A DNA stretch of 64,000 bases from an uncultured virus (IMG/VR IMGVR_UViG_3300009838_000017) (Duplodnaviria; Heunggongvirae; Uroviricota; Caudoviricetes), in IMG/VR virus record IMGVR_UViG_3300009838_000017, positions 1-64,000 of that record; one strand, 5' to 3'. The notes beneath the pieces were generated by a model. That model was not told where the DNA came from and did not search any database. It saw nothing but the letters and a program-made list of their open reading frames with translations. The position numbers were made by a program, and so were the translations under genes. This document shows, in pieces, positions 1-8,812 of the stretch; the stretch's first letter is position 1; each line of letters starts with the position of its first letter.

Positions 1-1197
1 CGCTGTGATGAAACCCCGGTGCCCGAAGAAACCAGGGTCCTCGGTTGTGGTAAGGGCTGTCGCCATGTTCGGGGAGACTGCCTGAAGGGGGGTCCAATCT
101 AGGGTACCCGATCCAGTCTCACGCTCGAAGGGCTTGGTTCCAGGGTGGTAGGCCGTGTACTTGAATTTCCCGTCCAGAGCCTTGATGAAGGCCGGGCGAG
201 GGCCATCGATCTTGCAGGTGTTGGTCAGGGACAGCTTCACGTCCGGCTCGATCTTCAGGTCGAACTTGAAGTCCCCGACGAACTTGACCTGGGGGATCGG
301 GTCGATCTTCATCTCCTGGGGGACCGCTCCCAGCCACTTCTGGCAGGGTTCCGACCCCCAAGCGTGCTTGGTATCCAGGTTGAAGTTGAGCTTGGCTCCG
401 TTGACCGAGACCCACAGGTCCCCGGCAGAAGGAGACTTCAGGTCGATGGGGATCACCTCCACGTTCTGAAGGGTCACAGGAGCCGTGTAGAGCCTCTCAT
501 GCGTGACCGTGACTCCACGAGCCTTGACCAGGAGCTTGCCATCCTGGAGGCTCACCGAGAGGCCCTGGAAGGACACTGGGGCTCGGACCAGGGAATCGAG
601 CTGAACCGACCCAACCGGGTCGAAGAAGCCCTTCCCGAAGGAGACCTTACCTACCTTGTGACCCTGGAACTCAAGGTCGGGGGTAGCCTCCCCGCTGGTG
701 AAGGTGACCACCTTGGTCTTCCGGTCCAGGCAGGGGCTCTCCAGGGAGGCTTCCACCCCCTTGTGCTTGGCCGTTGCCTTAGCGCCACAGACCTTGGTGG
801 AGTCCAAGGTCACCCCCTCAGCATCAGCCGTCCACTTGCCCCGTGTGACGTGGACCTGAAGGTTCTTTGCTGTGATTGTGAACCCATCACCCTCCTCTTT
901 GGGATCACCATCCATGAGGGTGACTTCGAGCTTTCCACCGTCAGCATCGAAGGTCTTGGCATCCTTGCAGGCCACTGCCTGAGTAAGCACCCCCTTCACG
1001 TTGGGGCGGTCGATGTGGATTCCCCTGAGCTGGGCACAATCCCAGCTCTTCCACTTGACCTCGTCCACCTGAACCCCCGGCTTGAGGCCGTTGACATACC
1101 TCTTCAGGAAGTAGGGGAAGGTCAACCAGGTGGTGATGGTCGAGACTCCAAAGACTCCAACCGTGATGCCGATGGCCCATTTTGTTCGGGTGTTCAC
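1..1197 (-). CDS. Membrane-anchored peptidoglycan glycosyltransferase (GT51/MtgA-like), 3' end beyond the window
   Basis: Frame is open from GTG 1197 to the window edge; it is absent from the ORF track because there is no stop. N-terminal TM segment (KWAIGITVGVFGVSTITTWLTFPYFL). Last residues WTPLQAVSPNMATALTTTEDPGFFGHRGF match GT51 motif 1 (EDxxFxxHxG). Confidence 0.8.
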   Translation of the reverse strand, partial: MNTRTKWAIGITVGVFGVSTITTWLTFPYFLKRYVNGLKPGVQVDEVKWKSWDCAQLRGIHIDRPNVKGVLTQAVACKDAKTFDADGGKLEVTLMDGDPKEEGDGFTITAKNLQVHVTRGKWTADAEGVTLDSTKVCGAKATAKHKGVEASLESPCLDRKTKVVTFTSGEATPDLEFQGHKVGKVSFGKGFFDPVGSVQLDSLVRAPVSFQGLSVSLQDGKLLVKARGVTVTHERLYTAPVTLQNVEVIPIDLKSPSAGDLWVSVNGAKLNFNLDTKHAWGSEPCQKWLGAVPQEMKIDPIPQVKFVGDFKFDLKIEPDVKLSLTNTCKIDGPRPAFIKALDGKFKYTAYHPGTKPFERETGSGTLDWTPLQAVSPNMATALTTTEDPGFFGHRGFITA

Positions 1198-1221
1198 GAG
1201 CACACACTACACCAGAAATGC

Positions 1222-1254
1222 AGAACGGCGGAGCAGGTAGCCTACTCCGCCGTT
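1222..1254 (-). terminator. Hairpin, probable terminator after the vWA gene
   Basis: GAACGGCGGAG...CTCCGCCGTTC inverted repeat just downstream of the vWA stop; the U-tract is weak. Confidence 0.55.
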
Positions 1255-1272
1255 CAGTATGCCTGATTCAGG

Positions 1273-3624
1273 TCAGATTTTGACTTGAATCTCCTTCATA
1301 TCGACCTTGCAGAGGACGCCCTTCAGGTCACCGAAGTCGAGGGTCATCGAGTTCTCATCGAGGGATGCAAACTCCGAGAACCAGACCTGCCCGACCACGA
1401 TTGCGAACTTGATGCAGGCAATCTCGTAGATGAACTGACGAGCCTTGTTGATGGACTCCTTGGCCTTGCCGTCAATCCAGGAGATGAAGGCTTCATCCTT
1501 GTTGGGGGCCTTCGTGTAGGCATCCGAGGCCAGCCAGGCTTCGACTTCCTTCACGTAGGGAGCCATCAGGGCGATCCCAGGGGTCATCTTCCCGCCCATC
1601 TTGGCCTTCACATCGGCCACCTTGGGAAGGGAAGAGAGGCCCTTGATGCTGACCGAAAGCTCCTTGCCCATGTAGAAGTCGGTGGCTTCGGCCTGGACGA
1701 CCTTGGGTCCGAACCCACTGTAGTCAGTGAATCCTTGGTTCTTCAGCCACTCGGCTGCCGCTTCTCCGTAGGTGAGCTTGAAGGATGCCGATTCCTTCTT
1801 GGCAACCTTCTCGTCACGGTACGCCTTGAAGACCTTCTGGGCAGCCCGAGCCGACTCCAGAGCGAACTGCTCCTCGAAGAGGACCTTGGCCGAGGCCGCC
1901 TTGACCATGCGACGGTTGATCACCGGAAGAGCCCGGAGATTGATCACGCCTTCGACATAGTCCCCAGCAACCGTGAGCTTGGAGGGCTTGGCTTCCTCAG
2001 GGAGGAGGGTGGCGAGCTTGTTGGCCGTTTCCTTCGTCACTCGAACGGGCAACTTCTCGATGTTCACGAGGCCATCCTTGACCACGGCGTAGTTCCGGAA
2101 GATGAACGTCGGGAAAGAGTCGGGTACCTTCCCCTTGAACTCAGCCGGGAGGCGCTTGGAGAGGTCCACCTTACCGGTCTTGCGAACCAGCATGGAGATG
2201 TTGGGGCGGTCCTCGTTGTAGGTCAGGCTGGAGATGGGGTACCCATCCGAAACCGGGTCTGCCTCGAACTTCAGAGCCTCGGGCTTGTTTGCCGTGAGGG
2301 CTGCCAGCTCTTCTTGCAGGGCCTTGATCTTGGAGGCGTTCTTCTCCCCCGCCATCTTCTTGGTGATCTCGGCCACCTTGACCTGCTCTTCTTCGGTCAT
2401 CACCTCGTCAGCATCGATCCGGCCACGGCCGATCCGAGCGTACTTGAACTCGGGGTGGTCGAGGAGAACCCGGTTCGTGTCGTCCGAGGAGAGGAGCTGG
2501 AGAAGGTCGAGCACCGTGTAGGCATCATCCGCCGGGACCTTGTTCGGGTCGTAGCCCTTGGTGAACCGGGCCTTCACGTCGAAAGCTGCTGCCTTCGATG
2601 CGTCCATATACTCGGAATACTTCTGCTTTCCGAAGCAAGTGCTGAACTGCTCGATGAAGGCCACGTCCCCGAGGCACTTCAGGAGGGGAAAGACCGTCTC
2701 GGGCTTCATCCTGACGCTGTAGAGGGAGACCGCCGCATAGAGGGGGGCGATGATCTCCGTGTCCTTGCCGCTCTTGGCGAAGTCCTTGACCAGAGCACCC
2801 GCATCGGGGGACTTCCCGTTCATGGGGTCGAAGGGGGAGAGCCACCAGAGGGACGTGGTATCCTCGGGTACCTGGACTTTCCCTTCCTCCACGGCATAGG
2901 TCGTGAGGTCCCCGTCGGCCAGGGCATAGGCGAACCCGCCCACGGTCCCACCCGGAACCTTGACCTCGATCCGAGGAGCCCCAGAGAGCTTCTTGGACAT
3001 GATGGCCTCGAAGGCGGGCTGGTACTTGTCGAAGTGCTCAGCGAAGATGAGCTGCCCACCGGCCTTCTCGGCCATGGCCGTCAGAAGGGGACGGTCAGCA
3101 TAGTAGCCGTACTCCACGAAGGTGGCAGAGGAGAGGCCCCCAGCAGCCTTCTCGACGGTCTTGAGGATGTCCGCCCGTGACCACTGGTTGTCACAGCCGT
3201 CGCTCATGAAGAAGAGGCTGAAGACCGCCTTGTTCTTCTTGGCTACTCGGTCGATGAGCTTGGAGACCTCTTCCAGGGGCTCCTTGAAGCCCGTGAGGCC
3301 CACCGGCTTCAACCACCGGTCGATGGCCTTGTTCACGTCGGCCAGGTCCGCCAGGGTCGCCACAGGCTCCGCTTCGAGGAGCGCTCCGAACTCTCCACGG
3401 CCAGAGAACCAGATCACCGAGAGGGTGTCCTTGTCTCCGATCAGCTTCGGGAGCTTCTTCTTGAGCTGCTCACGAATCTTCGGCAGTTCCCCGTACATCG
3501 AGCCGGAGCAGTCGATGACGACAATGTGGTTGACCGGAGTCTCAGCAGGCTTGGCCGGAGCCGCTACCTTGGCAACTGGTTGGCGAACGAGGAAAAGCCC
3601 GTCGGAGACCTTGTAGGATGACAT
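1273..3624 (-). CDS. von Willebrand factor A (MIDAS) domain protein, 783 aa
   Basis: VVIDCSGSM (DxSxS) and FFMSDG MIDAS motifs in the N-terminal 220 aa; long uncharacterised C-terminal region; AGGAG RBS. Confidence 0.85.
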   Translation of the reverse strand: MSSYKVSDGLFLVRQPVAKVAAPAKPAETPVNHIVVIDCSGSMYGELPKIREQLKKKLPKLIGDKDTLSVIWFSGRGEFGALLEAEPVATLADLADVNKAIDRWLKPVGLTGFKEPLEEVSKLIDRVAKKNKAVFSLFFMSDGCDNQWSRADILKTVEKAAGGLSSATFVEYGYYADRPLLTAMAEKAGGQLIFAEHFDKYQPAFEAIMSKKLSGAPRIEVKVPGGTVGGFAYALADGDLTTYAVEEGKVQVPEDTTSLWWLSPFDPMNGKSPDAGALVKDFAKSGKDTEIIAPLYAAVSLYSVRMKPETVFPLLKCLGDVAFIEQFSTCFGKQKYSEYMDASKAAAFDVKARFTKGYDPNKVPADDAYTVLDLLQLLSSDDTNRVLLDHPEFKYARIGRGRIDADEVMTEEEQVKVAEITKKMAGEKNASKIKALQEELAALTANKPEALKFEADPVSDGYPISSLTYNEDRPNISMLVRKTGKVDLSKRLPAEFKGKVPDSFPTFIFRNYAVVKDGLVNIEKLPVRVTKETANKLATLLPEEAKPSKLTVAGDYVEGVINLRALPVINRRMVKAASAKVLFEEQFALESARAAQKVFKAYRDEKVAKKESASFKLTYGEAAAEWLKNQGFTDYSGFGPKVVQAEATDFYMGKELSVSIKGLSSLPKVADVKAKMGGKMTPGIALMAPYVKEVEAWLASDAYTKAPNKDEAFISWIDGKAKESINKARQFIYEIACIKFAIVVGQVWFSEFASLDENSMTLDFGDLKGVLCKVDMKEIQVKI

Positions 3625-3694
3625 TCAGTACGCTCCTGTTTCGTGGTTCAGGTTACCCTCGATCTACACCGATGGGTCCTAGGTTCTCTGAAAA

Positions 3695-3734
3695 ATCGAC
3701 TTGACCCACCAAGAAAAGTCTCCAGGTGGGTCAA
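3695..3734 (-). terminator. Rho-independent terminator-like hairpin
   Basis: TTGACCCACC/GGTGGGTCAA 10-bp stem (3701-3734), followed on the minus strand by GTCGATTTTT. Confidence 0.6.
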
Positions 3735-3753
3735 CGATGTTCTCGAAGTAGCA

Positions 3754-3893
3754 GGTGGAACCCTCTTGAATGCCCCTGTTTCAGGTCGAAACCAGTGGCT
3801 AACTTATCTAGCGATTTCGGCAAGATCCGTCCACCAGGTCCGGGTCAACCAGACCCCTGGATCCAGGGGTACTCTTGCATGACGGGTTCCACC
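3754..3893 (-). ncRNA. Candidate rod-shaped structured ncRNA (~140 nt)
   Basis: Intergenic; GGTGGAACCC/GGGTTCCACC closing stem with nested stems containing G-U pairs valid only on the minus strand; CGGTGTA motif upstream (3904-3910) and terminator downstream. Confidence 0.55.
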
Positions 3894-3918
3894 GTCATGC
3901 AGCTACACCGTCACTACA

Positions 3919-5361
3919 TCAGGGAACGGGGAACCACTGAGCTAGAGGGTCTTCCCTCTTGATTCCGGCACATTCGTCACAGAGTCCGATTCGGGTCGTC
4001 TTGTTGGGGCTCATGCACCGGCATTGACTGATCACCGTTCCGCACTTGCCGCAAACCTCTGTGTAGTGCTCAGACGCAATCTTTGCGCCACCTGCCCGGC
4101 AGATGGTCCGGAAGAACTCCTGGGTCCAGGGTCCGAGGGCTCGGGGACCCTTGAGAATCCAGAGCTGGAAACACTCTGCAAAGGCTTCAACAGGGGAGGT
4201 TCGACCATAGTCTGTGATCTCCTCCACCAGAACGGTCTCACCCTCGCTGCCCATCAGGAGGTCCAGGTACTTGCTACGGTCGAAGGTCCTAGCATCCCAG
4301 GAGACAACCGGTAACTTGGCAAGCTCCCTGAAGCGAAGCTCATCCGACTCATTCCGAGCTGCCTGAAGGGCCACCTGGAGAACCTTGGCCTCATCGTTCA
4401 TCGCTCTGGGATTGTCCGGGTCCACCTTGGGAATGACAGCATCAGCGAACCGATGGATGTCCTCCTTGGTGATCTTGATGCCCTTGGACTCCATCACCTC
4501 ATCCCAGTAGGACCGAGCTTGACCAGGGAGGTCTCGGAAGTAGAACCGATGCCCGATCTCGTGGGTCACCGTCCGGATGGTATCATTCCCTGCCATCCCA
4601 AGAGGGAGGAGGGTCAGGGTATCCGTGGCTGGGTTGTACATCCCGTTGGTGAGGGCTTCCTTCTGGTCGAAGTTGATGGTGACTGAGAGGCCCTGAACAG
4701 CCCCAGGGAAGCCTGCCTTCGAGACCCCTGAAACCCACTTCTTGAGCTGGTTCAAGGTTTTGTGGAGGTCGTCCTCACTGTCCTCATCCCGACCATAGTT
4801 CTCAAGGGTGACCCGAATCCCTCCGACATCCAGGGTCTCTACCGGGTCGTGCCGCTGAAGGGGTCCGCCTCCCTGAGAGGCCAGATACTCATCCAGGTCC
4901 TTGAACGCCTTCGTAGCTGCCACCTGGTAGCGCTTGATGTTACGCTCCCGCTCATGCTTGAGCTTCGAGAGTTCCGGGATGTTCCCGTACATGGTGGGGA
5001 ACAGAAGGCTCAGCGTGTACTGGAAGTCCCAAGCAGACTTTGACACCTCACGCTCTAGGTACCCCTGGTCCTTCTTGTCCTTCTTGGGAAGGACCACCTT
5101 GTAGACCCAGTCAGTGAACCCATCTCTGAAGACTCGGAAGAGCTTCTGAGCCTCAAGGAACTGGCTCTTAGCTTTCTCACTGGTGGAATCATCGTCCCAA
5201 GAGAAGTCCAGGGGAATGTCCCTGTAAATCTTGGTCATGACCCGGAGGTCCTTCTTCCACTGCTCCAGCTTTGCCTTGTCAACCACGGCAGCAAACCGAC
5301 GGGCAACATTGGAGGCGATCCGGTATCTCAGGGCCACAGCTTTGATGATCGGGTCCATCAC
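3919..5361 (-). CDS. Zincin-like metallopeptidase domain protein with N-terminal leader and C-terminal Cys cluster
   Basis: HEIGH plus distal EAFAECF; C-terminal CGKC..CRC..CDEC; N-terminal AVALRY/ASNVARRF leader. Confidence 0.75.
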   Translation of the reverse strand: MMDPIIKAVALRYRIASNVARRFAAVVDKAKLEQWKKDLRVMTKIYRDIPLDFSWDDDSTSEKAKSQFLEAQKLFRVFRDGFTDWVYKVVLPKKDKKDQGYLEREVSKSAWDFQYTLSLLFPTMYGNIPELSKLKHERERNIKRYQVAATKAFKDLDEYLASQGGGPLQRHDPVETLDVGGIRVTLENYGRDEDSEDDLHKTLNQLKKWVSGVSKAGFPGAVQGLSVTINFDQKEALTNGMYNPATDTLTLLPLGMAGNDTIRTVTHEIGHRFYFRDLPGQARSYWDEVMESKGIKITKEDIHRFADAVIPKVDPDNPRAMNDEAKVLQVALQAARNESDELRFRELAKLPVVSWDARTFDRSKYLDLLMGSEGETVLVEEITDYGRTSPVEAFAECFQLWILKGPRALGPWTQEFFRTICRAGGAKIASEHYTEVCGKCGTVISQCRCMSPNKTTRIGLCDECAGIKREDPLAQWFPVP

Positions 5362-5415
5362 AAGCCACAGTGCATCGAAGGACTACTCCCCTTATGTGTC
5401 CACCTCTGTAAAGAC

Positions 5416-5682
5416 GTGATCGAGGTTGTGCTTCAACACCTGGAAAAGCAAGGTCTCTACTACGTGGAGATCCAAGGCATCCCAGGGGTCAAACCCATTG
5501 TGGCCTCAAGGGCAATGAGTCTTGCAAGGGCAGAAAGAAGAAGGGCGGAGATTGAATCCGCCCTTCTTGCATACGCTCAGCCGGGTCACCCTGAAAGTGG
5601 ATCCCCAGCAGCTTCACGCTTCGAGAGGGTGCTGACTCACGACTCGATCCCGCCTACTTGTCATCCCCAAGAATGTGGCTGA
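5416..5682 (+). CDS. Hypothetical protein with SRFERVL motif
   Basis: 88-aa ORF filling the gap between two minus-strand genes. Confidence 0.6.
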   Translation: MIEVVLQHLEKQGLYYVEIQGIPGVKPIVASRAMSLARAERRRAEIESALLAYAQPGHPESGSPAASRFERVLTHDSIPPTCHPQECG

Positions 5683-6817
5683 ACCGGTCCCCACCAGCAG
5701 GTGGGATGGCCTTCCACGAAGTCATGAAGGATTCCTCGACAAGTTCGATGCACAGGTCATCGATCCTGGCCCGGTCAGGCTGCTTTGGAAGGGACGAGGT
5801 CTTCATCAGCTCTTCGAGTTCCTTGTCCTGTTGCTCCGCCCAAGCCACCAGCTCGAAGTAGTCCCAGGCCCCAGCCCGGATCCGAAGAAGCTCTTCCGCA
5901 TCCGGGCGACGAACCAAGACCTTGCCCTCGGTCAGGATCTCCCGACACATTCGGAGTAGGCGAACCAGGTGCATCCCATGCTTCGTGTCGTAGCCGAACT
6001 TCTCTTCGAGCTTGGCCCGGTCCTGGTTCCGGTTCTTCTTCCACTCGTTGTACTGCTGCCACTCTCGAAGGCGAGCCGTGTACTGGCGCTCCTTGTCTAG
6101 TAACTCGATGAAGTTGGTAGACAGGCCCAGGCTGTTTGCTGCTGCCTGCCAGACCTTCTCATCAGTCTGCTCCCAGGACCACTGGGTGATCTCGGTCAGG
6201 CGACGGTAGAACTCATCCTGGATGGCCTGACGCATGGCGGGCTCGATGTTCTCCAGCTCATGCCAGTTCCACTCGTCCAGGCGCTTCTTGATGGCAGAGT
6301 TGGCAGCCGCAAGCTGGTCCCCAGGAATGACTGTCCGCTCGGGAAGTCCGAACTCTCCCCTCGAAGGGGCACCCGTAGGTGGGTTCTTCAGCCACCGGTA
6401 GTGGGTGTTGATCCTCTTGAGCTGAGAAACGGCGTACCCAGAGAAGGTGTGCTTGGCCTTCCGGCTCAAGAACAGGTGCCGATGGTCGATGAGTTTCTGA
6501 CCCAGTTGGCTCGTCAGAAGGTGATCCTCAGGGTCCGTATGCAGCAACTCCAGCACGTTCGGGTTAGCATCCGAAGCCAACCGGAGGAACTTCCGGATCT
6601 CGAAGATGCAGAAGTCTGGCTCCTTCTGGTCCGCCTGCTCGAAAACCTGAGAGAATCCGAGGTAGTAGGTCTTCGGGGCGATGCAGATCCCTCGGATGTC
6701 CACATCCGAGGTTGGGAGACTCGTCCCGTAGGCATGGCTTCCGTGCCTCGTGAGATAGAGCGTCCTGTCAGGGAGCCAGGTGAGATTCCCCTTGTACTCG
6801 TTCCAATCGAAGTTCAT
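5654..6817 (-). CDS. Pol-beta superfamily nucleotidyltransferase (RlaP/YcgL/NrdC.11-like)
   Basis: GSHAYG..TSDVDIRG signature, NPNVLELL, and GYDTKHGMHLVRLL helical C-domain. Confidence 0.85.
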   Translation of the reverse strand: MNFDWNEYKGNLTWLPDRTLYLTRHGSHAYGTSLPTSDVDIRGICIAPKTYYLGFSQVFEQADQKEPDFCIFEIRKFLRLASDANPNVLELLHTDPEDHLLTSQLGQKLIDHRHLFLSRKAKHTFSGYAVSQLKRINTHYRWLKNPPTGAPSRGEFGLPERTVIPGDQLAAANSAIKKRLDEWNWHELENIEPAMRQAIQDEFYRRLTEITQWSWEQTDEKVWQAAANSLGLSTNFIELLDKERQYTARLREWQQYNEWKKNRNQDRAKLEEKFGYDTKHGMHLVRLLRMCREILTEGKVLVRRPDAEELLRIRAGAWDYFELVAWAEQQDKELEELMKTSSLPKQPDRARIDDLCIELVEESFMTSWKAIPPAGGDRFSHILGDDK

Positions 6818-6842
6818 GTGACCTCTTACACCGGAGGGCGGT

Positions 6843-7121
6843 ATGGGAAACGTGTTGTCTCGACGGTTCTACCAAGTTTTGCTGGTAGCTAGCATGGACA
6901 GGGACAAAAGAGCCGAGGAAGTTCGGGATTCCGACGGCAATAAGGTCCCCGCCTGGGCCATTCACGAGAGGTCTCTTCTCCTGACCGAGGTCAACTTGGA
7001 GCGGGAAGCCAAAGGGCTTCAGCCGGTTGGGGCAGAGGACATCAAGAAGGGTGAGTCGGTGGGGCACCCCGAGTATGGTCGGGTCCTAGCCGATCACTGT
7101 GCCTGTCTGGCTTCGGGGTGA
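6843..7121 (+). CDS. Hypothetical protein
   Basis: 92-aa ORF filling the gap; start could be 6894. Confidence 0.6.
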   Translation: MGNVLSRRFYQVLLVASMDRDKRAEEVRDSDGNKVPAWAIHERSLLLTEVNLEREAKGLQPVGAEDIKKGESVGHPEYGRVLADHCACLASG

Positions 7122-7456
7122 AGAAGGTAGAAGCACCCAGGTAGGTAGGGGTGCGGCTTGAATCCCAGCTTGTTCACGAGCATCGAAGGGAGTCGAGGGT
7201 TCAGGACACTCTCGACGTACAGCGATAGGTCCGGGTGATCGACCTTCAGACGGGCCACCAACCGGGTGAGGGTTCCGCTTCCCGGCTTCCGTGCCTCCAT
7301 GTTCGCCAGGTCGAGGAAGGTACGCTCGACCCCATCGATCTTCCGTTGGCTGATCCTCACGTAGAGACCAGAGAACCCTGGCTCTCTGACCCATCCGTTG
7401 TGGGGCCAGGAGACCTTGGCCTGAGCGATAAAGGCATCAAGCGTTGGGAGTCGCAT
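7094..7456 (-). CDS. Putative GNAT-fold protein
   Basis: LDLANMEARKPGSGTLTRL resembles GNAT motif A; C-terminal NP...KLGFK. Confidence 0.5.
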   Translation of the reverse strand: MRLPTLDAFIAQAKVSWPHNGWVREPGFSGLYVRISQRKIDGVERTFLDLANMEARKPGSGTLTRLVARLKVDHPDLSLYVESVLNPRLPSMLVNKLGFKPHPYLPGCFYLLHPEARQAQ

Positions 7457-7467
7457 GAATCGACCTC

Positions 7468-7785
7468 TCAGCAGCCTCGACTTATTTGGTACCTAGGGAG
7501 GGAGTCCGGCCAGAGAAGGCTGCAACAAGGGCAGCGCCCTACCGAGGTCCTTCTGGTGCCGCAAGAACAGATGCCTGCCTCTGAGAGCACTTCGACTGCC
7601 AGTGGACGAAGCTCCCTCAACTTGGCGACACTCAACTCGTTGTTGAGTCCTGAGAGTATAACCAGGTCTGAGGCGTCAGGCAGACTGTCGATCACCAGGT
7701 CCGGGGTACTTGGCATGAGCGGGGTCCCTAGTCTCCCCTGAGCCTCATGGAGAGCCTGTTTCAGTTGATCCTTGTCACTGACCAC
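7468..7785 (-). CDS. Hypothetical protein with C-terminal Cys motif
   Basis: GTG start overlaps the upstream gene's end; CSCG...CPCC. Confidence 0.55.
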   Translation of the reverse strand: MVSDKDQLKQALHEAQGRLGTPLMPSTPDLVIDSLPDASDLVILSGLNNELSVAKLRELRPLAVEVLSEAGICSCGTRRTSVGRCPCCSLLWPDSLPRYQISRGC

Positions 7786-8065
7786 TTGCCACCGCCTTCT
7801 CTGCTTCTCCGACTTGTTCGACCAGGTCCTCGTAAATGACCTCGTTGACCAGCAGGTCATCCCAAGTGAATTTGGAGTCGTAGTCGTTGACGTTCCAAAG
7901 CAAGGCCCCGATGGCCTTGACCAGGGTCCAGTGGTACCCGCTCCCCTGGTAGTGCTTGCCCTGAAGGGCAAAGACCCTCATCGCAAGGGCCGGGAGCTGG
8001 GCACCCAGCTCCTTGCGCTTAGCCTGGGTCTCGACTTGGAGAGCGTGAGCTTGAACTTGGTCCAT
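7775..8065 (-). CDS. Hypothetical protein (start revised to ATG 8065)
   Basis: ATG lies 5 nt after a TTGAAA-N15-CGTTGTA element. Confidence 0.65.
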   Translation of the reverse strand: MDQVQAHALQVETQAKRKELGAQLPALAMRVFALQGKHYQGSGYHWTLVKAIGALLWNVNDYDSKFTWDDLLVNEVIYEDLVEQVGEAEKAVASGQ

Positions 8066-8070
8066 GGTCC

Positions 8071-8098
8071 TACAACGTTCGAGGTCCGAGTCTTTCAA
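8071..8098 (-). promoter_or_regulatory. TTGAAA-N15-CGTTGTA promoter element
   Basis: Same spacing as the copies at 8766-8793, 15444-15471, 17906-17933 and 20915-20942. Confidence 0.7.
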
Positions 8099-8106
8099 CC
8101 AGGCGC

Positions 8107-8364
8107 CTAGTATTCCGAGGGGAGGAGGAACGTGGTCACGCTCCGGTCTGCTTCCGTGATGATCCAGAGGGTGTCCGAATCCTTCTTGTAGGACGACAGA
8201 AGACGGCCCCCGGAGGCCAGGGAAGAGTCGTTGGACGCCTTGTCCTCGTCATCGAGGTCGCCCCAGTCCCCGTTCAGGTGGCGGGCGAGGGAGAGGGTCA
8301 TGAAGTCGGTAGAGAAGCGCTCACGGGCACCAGGGGTGGAAACGATCTGGCCGATAGCGAACAT
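8107..8364 (-). CDS. Small conserved mobile-element protein (RH..GDWG...WIITEADRS.TT.LLP.EY family)
   Basis: Recognisable plasmid/phage family motif of unknown function; AGGAG RBS. Confidence 0.75.
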   Translation of the reverse strand: MFAIGQIVSTPGARERFSTDFMTLSLARHLNGDWGDLDDEDKASNDSSLASGGRLLSSYKKDSDTLWIITEADRSVTTFLLPSEY

Positions 8365-8376
8365 GGTTGGCTCCTT

Positions 8377-8760
8377 TCAAGAGGCACGATTGGCGAAGCG
8401 GGCTCGGGACTCCTTCACGAACTCAGTCCCACGGAGGTAGGCAATACGGGCACGCTCGATGATGCGGTCCAAAACCGCTTCCTCAGAACCCGTGCGAAGG
8501 ATCTTCGGGAACTTGCCGATTCCGAAGGACTTTCCGTTGCCCTCGAACACGGTGCAGATCCGAATGGCGTCCTCGCCACAACCACGGGCAACCGAGGCCC
8601 CGTCCCGAAGGCTCGTGTAGACCTTCACCTTGACGCAGGGGTCGGCCTTGTGCGTGAACACATAGACCACCTCACGGTTCTGGACCGTGCGGACGAAGCC
8701 CTTCGAGCTGAGGAGGTTTTCAATCGCCTGGCTGCTGACTTCAACATATCGGGTTGCCAT
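8377..8760 (-). CDS. Hypothetical protein
   Basis: ATG 8760 lies 5 nt after the promoter element. Confidence 0.7.
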   Translation of the reverse strand: MATRYVEVSSQAIENLLSSKGFVRTVQNREVVYVFTHKADPCVKVKVYTSLRDGASVARGCGEDAIRICTVFEGNGKSFGIGKFPKILRTGSEEAVLDRIIERARIAYLRGTEFVKESRARFANRAS

Positions 8761-8765
8761 GTCTC

Positions 8766-8793
8766 TACAACGGGCCAGCCCCGAATCTTTCAA
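8766..8793 (-). promoter_or_regulatory. TTGAAA-N15-CGTTGTA promoter element
   Basis: Conserved bipartite motif with a 15-nt spacer. Confidence 0.7.
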
Positions 8794-8812
8794 CCAGGTT
8801 CGTAGAAAAAAT

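Noticed and set aside
145..3180. Long plus-strand ORFs (145-1266, 1285-3180; likewise 25279-26535, 28422-29633, 33792-35462) and minus-strand 9494-10912
   Set aside because: Antisense shadows of real high-GC genes; no recognisable motifs.
3625..3918. tRNA, SRP RNA or protein-coding reading of this intergenic region
   Set aside because: No cloverleaf or T-loop and no SRP helix-8 motif; the plus-strand ORFs lack an RBS and oppose the local promoter and terminator orientation.
8107..8364. Type I restriction-modification subunit (a label often attached to this family)
   Set aside because: Only 85 aa with no methyltransferase motifs.
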